From Longimicrobiales bacterium (GTDB lineage Bacteria > Gemmatimonadota > Gemmatimonadetes > Longimicrobiales > Gaopeijiaceae), in NCBI GenBank assembly GCA_963664435.2, contig CAXXKM010000003.1:288001-352000 (forward strand): a stretch of DNA of 64,000 nt. Direction: 5' to 3'. The stretch's first letter is position 1. Every line of letters starts with the position of its first letter. A program made the position numbers and the translations under genes. Under the pieces are notes generated by a model. The model was not told the DNA's origin. It was given only the letters and a program-made list of their open reading frames with translations, and searched no databases. Below, piece after piece: positions 9,745-19,733 of the stretch.

Positions 9745-10281
9745 TCAGCCGCGGTCGCTTCCCACGATGTCGCGGAATTCGCTCCGGATGGCGTGGAGCC
9801 GCTCCGCGACCCGGGTGAGCAGTTCCTCGGTCACCGATTCCGGAACCCCCGGACCGGCCACCAGCGCGGAAACCAGGCTGTCGGTGTAGCCGATGGACGC
9901 ATGCGTGACGCCCTGGTCCACAAGCCGGTTCAGGCGCAGGACTTCGCGCATCCCCGGCACGACGTCCGGCGGCATGAGCGGCTCAGCGTAGAGGACGCGG
10001 ATGAGCGACACCCGAAGAACCTGAAACTCCTCGATTACCTCACCCGCCACCAACCCGCGCTCGGCCGCGAGTTGGCCGTACAGGTTCGCCGCTTCCTGCC
10101 ATACGGGCCGCACGCGGCGCCGGTACGGGCCCAGGATTTCGGGCAGGATTCCGACGAAGGTCTCGTAGAAGTCTCCGAGCAGCTCGACCAGCTGTCGCGG
10201 CCGCCGTTCAAGCCGCTTGGTGACCTCGGAAAGCCAGCGGGCGACGATTTTTTCGCTCCTGGCCACCACCCAGGCCTGCAT
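9745..10281 (-). CDS. Stand-alone RsbRD N-terminal-like (globin-fold) protein; start uncertain
   Basis: ARSEKIVARWLSEV and AANLYGQLAAERGLVAGEVIEEFQVLRVSLIRVL match the RsbRD_N pattern. It ends a few nt before the decarboxylase start. Confidence 0.6.
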   Translation of the reverse strand: MQAWVVARSEKIVARWLSEVTKRLERRPRQLVELLGDFYETFVGILPEILGPYRRRVRPVWQEAANLYGQLAAERGLVAGEVIEEFQVLRVSLIRVLYAEPLMPPDVVPGMREVLRLNRLVDQGVTHASIGYTDSLVSALVAGPGVPESVTEELLTRVAERLHAIRSEFRDIVGSDRG

Positions 10282-10445
10282 TTCGCCGGGATCCAGCTGC
10301 GCGAGTGGGGGTCCGGTCCCCAGGGATTGCTCGGGGGAGCGGAATATGTCGGTGGCGGAATCTCGGATGGGGATGATGTGTCGGGGATCGGGGTGATGTG
10401 CGGGCGGTGGTCGCGAACCCGGCCGACTCCGGGCCGGTCCGCACT

Positions 10446-13400
10446 TTAATCTTGCGGGTTGGGCACGGCTCGTCCAGTGCCGGCGGCGGAGACCAGCGTG
10501 CCCGGAGCCGGCTCCCAGGCGACGAAGCGAATGGACATCGTCGTGCCGACCCCGGGGGTGCTTTCCGCCCATACCCGGCCGCCCCACGAACGCACCAGCC
10601 GCTGCACGATCGCGAGGCCGAGACCCGTGCCGGTGGAGCTGGTGGAAAACCTCGGTTCGAAAATGCGCCCCAACAACTCCGGTTCGATGCCGCGGCCGTC
10701 GTCGCTCACCTGAAGGCACACGCTGCGGTCACCGGCAGAGGCTCCGATGTGGACGCGGCCGCTGGGCTTGACGGCTTCTCTCGCGTTCTCGAGGAGGTTG
10801 ATCAGGACCTCCTTGAACTCGGATTCCCGGGCACGGACCGGGACAAGGCCGGGAGGGAAATCGGTGTGGATGACGATCCCCTGCTCGTTGCTCTGGTAGA
10901 GCGCGAGGATCTCCTCCACGGCCGCGTCCAGGCGCACGCCTTCCAGGGGGAGTTCGCTCGCCTTCCTCGGAGAGCCGTACCGCGAGAAGCTGCGGGCGAT
11001 CTCGGCGAGCCGATCGATCTCGCGAAGGATCGACTCCACATTGCGTTCCAGGATCGCCGAGAAGTCGCGCCGCCGGTCCTGCCAGGCTCGACGGACATGC
11101 TCGATGCTGAGCTTGATCGGCGTCAGCGGATTCTTGACTTCGTGGGCCACCTGGCGCGCCATCTGCCCCCACGCCACGATGCGCTCGCTGCGCAACTCGT
11201 CGGTCACGTCCTCCAGGCTGAGCACGACGCCTCGCGAGGGTCCGTCGCGCGTAATGCGCCGTGCCCGCACCCGCACCCTGCGCGAAGAGTCCCGGGAACC
11301 GGGGGCGGTGGAGACAAGTCCGGGCCCGGACAACTCGAATTCGTGGTCGGCCCCCTCGCCCCCGTCGCGATAGAAGCGCTCCACCCAGCGCGACAGATCG
11401 CGCGCAAGTCCCGGGGTGGCCGGCAGCGGCTCTCCCGGCCCCACCGAGGCTCCCAGCAGCGCCTGGGCCTGCGGGTTGACCAGGGTGACCGCCCCGGCCT
11501 GGTCCAGCGCGATCACCCCGGTTGCCGCTTCGTCGACGATGGCCTGCGTGCGCTGGGTGGTGCGCACCAGGGCGCTGCGGGCCCGATGCAGCCTCTGTAC
11601 CATTCGGTTGAACGCCAGGAACACGGTGCCGAATTCATCGGTCCGCGTCTCCGGCAACCGCACCTCGAGGTTCCCCTCCCCCACTCGCTCCGACGCCAGG
11701 CGGAGGGTGCGGATCGGGTTGGCCAGCCGGCGGCCCACCAGGAGTGCGAGACCCAGCGAGAGCGCGATCCCGGTGACGACCGCGAACGCCAGCAGAAGGA
11801 TCAGATCGTTCTGTTGGAAAGCCGTCGCGCCGGCATCAAGCGGGGCCGCCGAGGCCAGCACCTGTCCGGTCTGAAGTCGTCGATATGCCAGGGCGTATTC
11901 GCCACCCCAGCGGCGCGCGGTCGCGTGCACAAGCACCGCCTCGCCATCCGCAAGCGAACGATGAACCTGAGCGGGCAGCCACGAGTACTGCACACCCAGC
12001 TCGAGGAACGCAGGCCGGGAACTCCGGATCAGTTCTCCGTCCTGATAGAGAAGGAGGACCGTGCCGGTACTGGTCGGCAGCAGTCCGACCTGGCCCTGTA
12101 CCGCGAGAAAACTCTCGGCGGCGTCCGCCACTGCGCGGTCGGCCAGCGCCTCGGCCGTTCGAACCACGGCCCTGTCGAGCGTGCGAGAGGCGATGGCGGC
12201 GAACGCGAAGGCGGGGATGAGGAAGAACAGGAACAGGGCGAAGGTGACCTGCACCCGAAAGCTGCGTCCGGCCCCGGGTCCCAGGCGAATCGGCGGGCGC
12301 AGGCGCCCGCGGCTGCTCCACCAGCCGATGCTCCACAGACCGGCCACGATCAGCAGATCGAGCAGCAGGACGAGCACGGTTCCCGCCACCAGCACCGCCG
12401 TGCCGGGGAGTTCCACCTCGTAGTGGGCGTTATACCACCCCTCGGGGAACAGGATGGTCTGTTCGCCACGCCATCCCTCCGTAGTGCGCTCCCACAGCGG
12501 AGCCCCTTCCGCCGGAACCGGGTCGTCCGCGTTGAGCGGCATGAGCGTCACGGTTCCGGCGTCCGCCTGCTCGCTCCCGAACGGCACGTCCGGTGAGAGA
12601 GACGTGCCGAACCCTCGCCGCGGGGGGACCGCAACCGTGATGATCGATCGGTCCGGCAGCACCGCCAGGCCCAGGTAGTGCACGTCTTCCGACTGGAGTT
12701 GCAGGACGGTGGCGCCCAGCGCGGCTTCGTCCAGATAGTCGTCCACAATCGAGGGTCGGGGACCCGAGACGCCCATGCGCAGCGCGTCGCTGGGCAGCCC
12801 ACCGGGGGTCCAGCGGTCTATCCAGACGGCGACGCCCTCCTGGGCGAGACCGCTCGCCCGCCAGGTGCCGTACAGAAGCCCGGTTCCGCGGGCTCCGCTC
12901 TGGTGGAGTGAATCGGTTTTCTCGGACAAACCCTCGAGCAGAAACTGCAGATAGGGATCCACCTGGTTTCCGAGGGTGGAAAGGCGCTCCTCGGCAACCT
13001 CCAGCTGCGACGCGACGCGCCCGCCCCAGGTGAACGGCAGGGCTGCGCTCGCGGCAAGCACGATGGCGGCCGCCGCCGACGTGACCGAGCCACGCCAGGT
13101 AGTGGCGGGCTGAAGGCCCAGTCCGATCAAGGCTACCGGGAGCGCCCACAGAGCACCCGCCCACGCGGGGGTGGGTGGTGAACCAAGGGACACGACGTTC
13201 ACCAGCAGCCCAAGCACCAGCGCCAGGAGCAGGCCGGCTGCGACCAGGAATGGTCGCGCCGACGCCGGCGATGGCCGGGTGGCGAGTCGAAGCGCCAGAG
13301 CGGCCACGATGACCAGCACGGAAGTCAGGGCGCACTGGTATAACACCCAGTAGTCCGCGCTTCCCCCCAGCTGCGATGTCGTTGGCGCCAGCGAGAACCA

Positions 13401-14672
13401 GTGGACCACCGCGGCGAAACCGATTCCGGCCAGGGCCGCGGCGGCCAGGGGGGCGCTGCGCCCGCGGGCGCTCCGGGGCAGCAGTCCCGCGATGAACGCC
13501 CCCGCCAGCCCGAGTGCCAGCACGCGCCCGAGCGTTCCCTCCGTCGTTCCGGGAAGGAGGAAGCCGGCTGGCGAGAAAAGACCGGAAACACCCAGCAGAT
13601 CTCCGAATGGAAGCACTGTCGCCAGCAGGGCCAGGGTCGCGGCGGCCAGGATCGCGTGATGTGGCGTGCCCCGCAGGCCGATGAGCAGCAGCAACCAGGC
13701 CGTCACCGCGAGACCGGCGACCACGCGGCTCCATGCCCTCCGAACCGACTCGAAGGCTTCTCCCTGCGTCAGCTCCTCGGAGGAGATGGAAAAAAGCGTC
13801 CTTCCCTGCCAGTTGAAGTCGCGAATGGCAGGACCGGTCGCCTGTTCGGAGTGCGTTATTCGGATCGCCCTTCCGACATCGGACTGGAAGCGGGTGGCAA
13901 AGGCGGACTCCTCATCCGGGACGTCCGGAGGCATGTCGCTCTGCAGCAGCGCGGCGGCCACCACGGTCGCGCCGCTCGCGCCGATGCGTTCGGTAAAATA
14001 CAGGTACGTGTACACGGGGCCTTGCCCGTAGACGTACCGGTCCCAGCCCGAACGGGCGTCGAGGGGCACAACCCCCTGGTGGTTGCCCGCCCAGGCCAGG
14101 AGGTCGGTTCGCGCGTCGAATACGGCCACCGCCTGTACATCGGCTTCGCGGCGCACTTCTTCCAGGAACGTCCAGTATCCGGCGGTCTCTCCATCGAATT
14201 CCCGGGAGGCGACGCGAGCGACCGCTCCTGTCCCGCGATCGATCAAGGCCTCGAAGCGCTCGTCCAGGGCCGCTTCCAGCCGGGCCTCTCTTCCGTTGCG
14301 GAAACGGTCCCAGTCGCCCGCGACCTGGCCGAACCGCGCAGAGCCGAGAAGCCCGCTCGCCATCCCCGCCAGAAGGGCGAGGGCGGCGGCGAGCACCCAG
14401 CGATGGCGGTCCGAACCGCGGGAGAGCGTGTGGAGCGCGCCGAGAGCACCCGCCAGAGCACTCGCCAGCAGCCAGGCGGGAGCGGACCAGCGCGTCCATA
14501 CCGCCAGCGCCGCCACGCTGAGCCACAGCACCACGGAAGCGGCGTGCTCGCGTGTGAGGCCGGATCGGGAAGCCCGCGCGAGCTCCGCGGTTCTGCGGAT
14601 CGGTGACTTCCGGGAATCGGCTCGCAGGATCCGTCCCTTTGCTGGGGTGTAGTGCGATGTCGTTTCGATCAC
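10446..14672 (-). CDS. Very large polytopic membrane sensor histidine kinase (NtrY-like C-terminus: HAMP, PAS, HisKA, HATPase)
   Basis: Many TM segments, HAMP (DEFGTVFLAFNRM), PAS-like (ATGVIALD..G.VTLVN), H-box AWGQMARQVAHEVKNPLTPIKL, NLLENA, DDGRGI, IFEPRFST..GTGLGLAIV. Start approximate. Confidence 0.88.
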   Translation of the reverse strand: MIETTSHYTPAKGRILRADSRKSPIRRTAELARASRSGLTREHAASVVLWLSVAALAVWTRWSAPAWLLASALAGALGALHTLSRGSDRHRWVLAAALALLAGMASGLLGSARFGQVAGDWDRFRNGREARLEAALDERFEALIDRGTGAVARVASREFDGETAGYWTFLEEVRREADVQAVAVFDARTDLLAWAGNHQGVVPLDARSGWDRYVYGQGPVYTYLYFTERIGASGATVVAAALLQSDMPPDVPDEESAFATRFQSDVGRAIRITHSEQATGPAIRDFNWQGRTLFSISSEELTQGEAFESVRRAWSRVVAGLAVTAWLLLLIGLRGTPHHAILAAATLALLATVLPFGDLLGVSGLFSPAGFLLPGTTEGTLGRVLALGLAGAFIAGLLPRSARGRSAPLAAAALAGIGFAAVVHWFSLAPTTSQLGGSADYWVLYQCALTSVLVIVAALALRLATRPSPASARPFLVAAGLLLALVLGLLVNVVSLGSPPTPAWAGALWALPVALIGLGLQPATTWRGSVTSAAAAIVLAASAALPFTWGGRVASQLEVAEERLSTLGNQVDPYLQFLLEGLSEKTDSLHQSGARGTGLLYGTWRASGLAQEGVAVWIDRWTPGGLPSDALRMGVSGPRPSIVDDYLDEAALGATVLQLQSEDVHYLGLAVLPDRSIITVAVPPRRGFGTSLSPDVPFGSEQADAGTVTLMPLNADDPVPAEGAPLWERTTEGWRGEQTILFPEGWYNAHYEVELPGTAVLVAGTVLVLLLDLLIVAGLWSIGWWSSRGRLRPPIRLGPGAGRSFRVQVTFALFLFFLIPAFAFAAIASRTLDRAVVRTAEALADRAVADAAESFLAVQGQVGLLPTSTGTVLLLYQDGELIRSSRPAFLELGVQYSWLPAQVHRSLADGEAVLVHATARRWGGEYALAYRRLQTGQVLASAAPLDAGATAFQQNDLILLLAFAVVTGIALSLGLALLVGRRLANPIRTLRLASERVGEGNLEVRLPETRTDEFGTVFLAFNRMVQRLHRARSALVRTTQRTQAIVDEAATGVIALDQAGAVTLVNPQAQALLGASVGPGEPLPATPGLARDLSRWVERFYRDGGEGADHEFELSGPGLVSTAPGSRDSSRRVRVRARRITRDGPSRGVVLSLEDVTDELRSERIVAWGQMARQVAHEVKNPLTPIKLSIEHVRRAWQDRRRDFSAILERNVESILREIDRLAEIARSFSRYGSPRKASELPLEGVRLDAAVEEILALYQSNEQGIVIHTDFPPGLVPVRARESEFKEVLINLLENAREAVKPSGRVHIGASAGDRSVCLQVSDDGRGIEPELLGRIFEPRFSTSSTGTGLGLAIVQRLVRSWGGRVWAESTPGVGTTMSIRFVAWEPAPGTLVSAAGTGRAVPNPQD

Positions 14673-14692
14673 TCGCGAACGAGGTTTCGCCC

Positions 14693-15400
14693 GTGCGGCG
14701 TATTCTCTTCCCTGTACTTCTCTTCACCCTTGGCGGATCCCTTCCGGTGCACCGCGCTGGCGCCCAGGTGACCATCCTGGACCGGGGCGAATTCGAGGTT
14801 GCCGTCAACGGACAGGTCGTAGGACGCGAGACCTTCTCGATCCGTCAGGTGGGGACCGGGGACGAGACCCGCGTCATCGCCGCCGGACAGATTCGCACCA
14901 TGCTGCCCGGCGGTCCGAGCACGATGGACATTCTGATGGAGCTGACGGGCGCCGGGTGGATGCCGTCCGCCTATCAGAACAAGGTCGGGGGCGAGGGAGC
15001 GCAACAGATCGGCTTCGAACTGCGCGGCACCCGGTTCGAGTCGCGCGTGACATCCGATGCCGGGGAGCAGGTGAAGGAGTACCGGGCCCCGCCGGGCACC
15101 AGGATCCTCGAGCGAGGTGTCGCGCATCACTTTCACTTTCTGGCGCCCGGAACCGCCCCCGGTCGCTCGCGGGTGCCGGTCATCGTTCCGCGCGACGGAC
15201 TTCAGACGGAGGCGGAGTTGACCCTGGCCGGAACCGGGGAAGTGCGCATCGGTACGGAGACGATAACGGCACGACACTACCGGATACGTGCCGGAGCCAT
15301 GCTCTGGGAGGCATGGCATGACGCGGCGGGCAGGGTCCTGCGGGTTCTCGAGAACTCCACGGGATCGTCCGCCACCCGCGTCGCCCGCCCCGGGCCGTGA
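14693..15400 (+). CDS. Secreted hypothetical beta-rich protein
   Basis: GAGGT precedes the GTG at 14693, signal peptide ends AGA-Q, typical coding bias. Co-directional with the TolC operon. Confidence 0.65.
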   Translation: MRRILFPVLLFTLGGSLPVHRAGAQVTILDRGEFEVAVNGQVVGRETFSIRQVGTGDETRVIAAGQIRTMLPGGPSTMDILMELTGAGWMPSAYQNKVGGEGAQQIGFELRGTRFESRVTSDAGEQVKEYRAPPGTRILERGVAHHFHFLAPGTAPGRSRVPVIVPRDGLQTEAELTLAGTGEVRIGTETITARHYRIRAGAMLWEAWHDAAGRVLRVLENSTGSSATRVARPGP

Positions 15401-15551
15401 GACATCCGTCCCCGGCCGGCCTCGCGGCACCGGTGGGTGTTCCGGCTCCTGCAACCATCGATGGCGACGATGAAACCCCTCCGCGGAGGGGCTCGTATGT
15501 CCCGCGGCCGCGTCAGGCCGAGGATCGACAGTCACCCAGGGGAGACCATCC

Positions 15552-17051
15552 GTGTTCAGAATGATCCCAGCCGCAATGTGCGCCCTGACGCTTCTCATGT
15601 GTTCCGGGAAGTCCCTGCAGGCCCAGGAAGTGCCTTCCCGCCTCACACTCGACGAAGCGATCCGCATAGCCCGGCTCGACAACCCCTCGTTCCAGTCCGT
15701 TCGCAACGACTCGCGCGTCGCCGACTGGGCGGTTCGTTCCGCCTACGGCGACCTGCTGCCGTTCGCCAATCTGAGCTCGAGCCTTTCCTGGCAGGGAAGA
15801 GGTGAACAGCAGTTCGGCAGCCTTACGACGAGCCAGCTGGGGTTCGGCGACGAGCCTTCGTACTATTTCTCCAGCTACAACGCGGGGCTCAGCTACTCCA
15901 TCGCCGCCGAGTCGCTGTTTCGGCCGGGGCGCGAAAAGGCGGCCCGCAACGCAACGGTCGCGCTCATCGACCAGGCCGAGGCCAACCTCGTCCGCGACGT
16001 GACCATTCGCTACCTCGACGTCCTGCGCCAGCAGGAGGGACTGTTGCTCGCCCAGCAGGAACTGGAGCGCGCCCGCTTCAACCTGCGGCTGGCCGAGGGG
16101 CAGCTGGAGGTGGGAACCGCGACCCCGCGCGACGTGCGCCAGGCGGAGGTCTCGGTCGGCCGCGCCGAGGTAACCCTGCTGCAGGCCGAATTCGCGGTGA
16201 GCAACGCGCGCATCGCGCTGCTGGTCGTGCTCGGAGCGGAGGTGCCGCAGGAATTCACCGTCGTGAGCGCGTTCGAGGTCCGCGAGCCGGTGTGGTCCGA
16301 GGAGGAGCTGGTGGCGATGGCGCTCGAACGCAATCCAGGGCTCATCGCCGAGCGGGCCAACGAGGCCGTTGCCTCGAGCGACGTGAAGATGGCGCAATCC
16401 TCCTACTACCCGTCCCTGTCGCTCAGCGCGGGTCTGAGCGGGTTCACGCGCGAAGCGTCCAGCGTCGAATCGCTGATCAGCCAGTCCCGGGCCCGGGTCA
16501 CGGGTCAACGCCAGCAGTGTCACCTGTTGAATGAGGTGTACGGGCGCCTGGTCGATCCTCTTCCCATGCAGGACTGCAACGCGTTCGTCTTTACGCCCGA
16601 TCAGGCAGAGGCCATCGCCGCGCAGAACAGCGCGTTCCCATTCGACTTCACCCGCCAGCCGCCCAGGGCTTCCCTGACGGTGAGCGTTCCCGTATTCCAG
16701 GGCTTCAGCCGGCAGCTGCAGGTCGAGAGCGCGCGTGCCGCGCGGGAAGACGCCCGCCATCGCCGCCGGGGCGCGGAACTGGATCTGCGGGCGCTGATCG
16801 CCTCCGGTCTGGCGGCTGTGCGGACGGCGCATGAGACCGAGCTCATCGAGCAGCGCAACCAGGCCGTGGCGGCCGAGCAGCTCCGCCTGGCCACCGAGCA
16901 GTATCGCGTCGGTTCCGCGAGCTTTCTGGACCTCGTCGAGGCGGAAACGGTCATGGCCCAGGCCGACCGCGAACGCGTCGCCGCCATATATTCCTACCAT
17001 GATCTGCTCGCCGATCTCGAAGCACTGGTGGGCGCGAGGCTGCGGCCTTGA
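15552..17051 (+). CDS. TolC-family outer-membrane efflux protein
   Basis: Signal peptide, LTLDEAIRIARLDNP, two OEP repeats (YYPSLSLS, YRVGSASFLDLVEAE). Confidence 0.92.
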   Translation: MFRMIPAAMCALTLLMCSGKSLQAQEVPSRLTLDEAIRIARLDNPSFQSVRNDSRVADWAVRSAYGDLLPFANLSSSLSWQGRGEQQFGSLTTSQLGFGDEPSYYFSSYNAGLSYSIAAESLFRPGREKAARNATVALIDQAEANLVRDVTIRYLDVLRQQEGLLLAQQELERARFNLRLAEGQLEVGTATPRDVRQAEVSVGRAEVTLLQAEFAVSNARIALLVVLGAEVPQEFTVVSAFEVREPVWSEEELVAMALERNPGLIAERANEAVASSDVKMAQSSYYPSLSLSAGLSGFTREASSVESLISQSRARVTGQRQQCHLLNEVYGRLVDPLPMQDCNAFVFTPDQAEAIAAQNSAFPFDFTRQPPRASLTVSVPVFQGFSRQLQVESARAAREDARHRRRGAELDLRALIASGLAAVRTAHETELIEQRNQAVAAEQLRLATEQYRVGSASFLDLVEAETVMAQADRERVAAIYSYHDLLADLEALVGARLRP

Positions 17052-17129
17052 CGCCTGTCGGGATGCACGGGGAGGCGGGACGGCAGGTATGCCCAGGATC
17101 CTGGACAGCATTTCTGGAACAACATCCAA

Positions 17130-18467
17130 ATGACGCTTAGAGTAAAAATCGCCATCGGCGTGCTCGTGGTAACCGTCCTCGTGGTCGCCGGAGTGCTGAC
17201 CACGCTGCAGTCCCGCAACAACGGCACCCAGGTGCGCGTCGAGGAAGTAGGCCGGCGCGACCTCGAGGCCATCGTTACGGCCAGCGGCAACATCCGCGCG
17301 CGCCGCACCGTCGACATCAGCTCCGATGTCTCCGGCCGCATCGTGGAACTCAACGTCGACGAAGGCGACGATGTCGAAGAAGGGCAAATACTTCTGCGCA
17401 TCGACCAGACCCAGTTCCAGGCCGCCGTGGCCCAGTCGCGGGCGGCGCTCTCGCAGCGGGAGGCGCAGGCGGCCCAGCAGAACGCCAGCCTGATCCAGGC
17501 GACGCGCGAGTACGACCGCATGCAGGGGCTCTGGACGCGCGACTCGACGCTCGTCAGCCGGCAGCAGGTTGACGACGCCGCGACGCAGGTCGAAGTCTCG
17601 CAGGCGCTCTTCACCGCCGCGGAGCACGGCGTGGACCAGGCGAGCGCGACGCTCACCGAAGCGGAAGATCGCCTCTCCAAAACCACCATCCGGGCTCCCA
17701 TCTCGGGCAAGGTCACCCGGCTCAACATCGAGCTCGGCGAGACCGCCATCGTGGGCACGATGAACAACCCGGGGAGCCTGCTGCTCACCGTCAGCGACCT
17801 GTCGGTGATCGAGGCGGTCATGCAGGTCGACGAAACCGACGTGCCTGACATCAGCGTCGGCGACAGCGCCGCCCTGGAGCTGGACGCGTTTCCGGACACG
17901 GAGTTCGCCGGGACCGTGACCGAGATCGGGAACTCCGCCATCCGCCCCCCGTCCAGCGCGGCGGGCACGGGCCAGACCCCCACCATCGACTTCGAGGTGG
18001 TGATCACGCTGGAGGACCCGCCGGTCGAACTGCGTCCGGACCTCTCGACCACCGCCGACATCGTCACCGAAATCCGTGACCAGGCCCTGGCGATTCCGAT
18101 CATCGCATTGACGATTCGGGATCGCTCGGGGCAGGAAGCGGACGCGAACGACTCGAACGGCGATGGGGAGCTCGGCGCCGGGGAAGCCGGAGACGGTGCG
18201 ACGGAATCGTCTTCCGCGCGCGCGGAAGACGAGGGCGATGAGGAAGAGGAAGACGAGGAAGGTGTTTTCGTGGTACGCGACGGCGAGGCGCATTTCGTTC
18301 CCGTCTCCGTGGGGATCGCGGGAGAGGAGTACTTCGAGGTGCTCTCCGGACTCTCTGAGGGCGACACGGTGGTGAGCGGCCCCTACCAGCGTATTCGCGA
18401 GCTCAACGATGGCGAGGAGGTGCGGACCGACAGCGCTTCGGTAGAGCCCGACGAGCCGGCCTCGTGA
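17130..18467 (+). CDS. Periplasmic adaptor (MacA/HlyD-like membrane fusion protein)
   Basis: N-terminal TM, lipoyl half-motifs (SGRIVELNVDEGDDVEEGQ, IRAPISGKV), VDETDV, LSGLSEGDTVV, acidic low-complexity insert. Confidence 0.93.
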   Translation: MTLRVKIAIGVLVVTVLVVAGVLTTLQSRNNGTQVRVEEVGRRDLEAIVTASGNIRARRTVDISSDVSGRIVELNVDEGDDVEEGQILLRIDQTQFQAAVAQSRAALSQREAQAAQQNASLIQATREYDRMQGLWTRDSTLVSRQQVDDAATQVEVSQALFTAAEHGVDQASATLTEAEDRLSKTTIRAPISGKVTRLNIELGETAIVGTMNNPGSLLLTVSDLSVIEAVMQVDETDVPDISVGDSAALELDAFPDTEFAGTVTEIGNSAIRPPSSAAGTGQTPTIDFEVVITLEDPPVELRPDLSTTADIVTEIRDQALAIPIIALTIRDRSGQEADANDSNGDGELGAGEAGDGATESSSARAEDEGDEEEEDEEGVFVVRDGEAHFVPVSVGIAGEEYFEVLSGLSEGDTVVSGPYQRIRELNDGEEVRTDSASVEPDEPAS

Positions 18468-18491
18468 TCCGCGGACAGGCCTGAGGCGGTC

Positions 18492-19733
18492 ATGCAACTC
18501 TGGGAAGGCGTACGGCTGGCGCTGGGCTACATCCGCAGCGAGAAGCTGAAGAGCTTTTTCAGCCTCCTCGGCGTCATCGTCGGAATCATGTTCCTGATCG
18601 TGGTGGTCAGCATCGTCGAAGGAATCGACCGCTACATCCGGGAGGATTTCTCCTCGATGGTCTTCGGTGTGAACACCGTGACGCTCGAGCGGAGCAGACC
18701 CAACATCGTGGACGGCGACCCGGTCTCCCTGCGCCGCGCGGCCCGCCGCCCGCGCATCGAAATGGATGACGCGGACGCGATTCGCGAGCGGCTCGAGACG
18801 CCGGCCACGATCGCGGTCGAATCCATCGCTCAGGGGGAAGTAGAAGGTCCGGGAGGACTCAAGGTCGAGAACGTGCTCCTCTTCGGAGCCTCCGAGGAGA
18901 TCTTTACGATTCGTGCGTACGACATCGAGCGGGGCCGGCCGTTCTCCGCACAGGAAGCCGACCGCGGCGCAGCTGTCGTGGTTCTCGGCAAGAGCACGGC
19001 GGACCTGCTCTTCGAGGATGAGGAACCGGTCGGTGCGCAGGTGCGGATCCGGGATTTCCCCTTCCGCATCGTCGGAGTCATTGAGGAACAGGGTTCCATG
19101 TTGGGGCTGTCGCGTGACAACATGGTGCTTGCCCCGGCCCGTTCACCCATCCGGCGAATGGTGAATCCGCGAAATGTCGTCGACGGCGTCGTGATCCAGA
19201 CCGCGAGCCCCGAACTGCTGCGGGAGGCTACCTCGGAGACCGAGGGAATCATGCGCGCGCGCCACGGCCTCCGGCCCGGCGAGGAGAATGACTTCAACCT
19301 CGAGACCGCGGAAGAAGCGCTCAGCTTCTGGGACGACATCTCGCGCGTGCTCTTCGTGGCGCTACCCGGACTGGTCTCGATATCGCTGGTCGTGGGCGGC
19401 ATCGTGATCATGAACATCATGCTGGTCTCGGTCATGGAGCGGACCCGGGAAATCGGCGTGCGCAAGGCCATCGGTGCACGCCGGCGTGACATCGTGATCC
19501 AGGTGTTGATCGAGACGGCCACCCTGTCCGCGGTAGGCGCGCTGGTCGGCATCGGCATCGGAATCGCGCTCACCATGGTCGTTCGCGCCGTGTCGCCTCT
19601 GCCGGCGGCGGTGGCGCCCCATTGGATCGGGCTCGGTGTCGCGCTCGGGATAACGGTCGGGGTCGTGGCTGGCGTGTATCCGGCGGCGCGGGCCTCGAAG
19701 CTCAATCCGGTAGATGCACTGAGGTACGAGTGA
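18492..19733 (+). CDS. MacB-like ABC transporter permease
   Basis: KLKSFFSLLGVIVG, periplasmic core, SLVVGGIVIMNIMLVSVMERTREIGVRKAIGA, YPAARASKLNPVDALRYE. No nucleotide-binding domain. Confidence 0.94.
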   Translation: MQLWEGVRLALGYIRSEKLKSFFSLLGVIVGIMFLIVVVSIVEGIDRYIREDFSSMVFGVNTVTLERSRPNIVDGDPVSLRRAARRPRIEMDDADAIRERLETPATIAVESIAQGEVEGPGGLKVENVLLFGASEEIFTIRAYDIERGRPFSAQEADRGAAVVVLGKSTADLLFEDEEPVGAQVRIRDFPFRIVGVIEEQGSMLGLSRDNMVLAPARSPIRRMVNPRNVVDGVVIQTASPELLREATSETEGIMRARHGLRPGEENDFNLETAEEALSFWDDISRVLFVALPGLVSISLVVGGIVIMNIMLVSVMERTREIGVRKAIGARRRDIVIQVLIETATLSAVGALVGIGIGIALTMVVRAVSPLPAAVAPHWIGLGVALGITVGVVAGVYPAARASKLNPVDALRYE

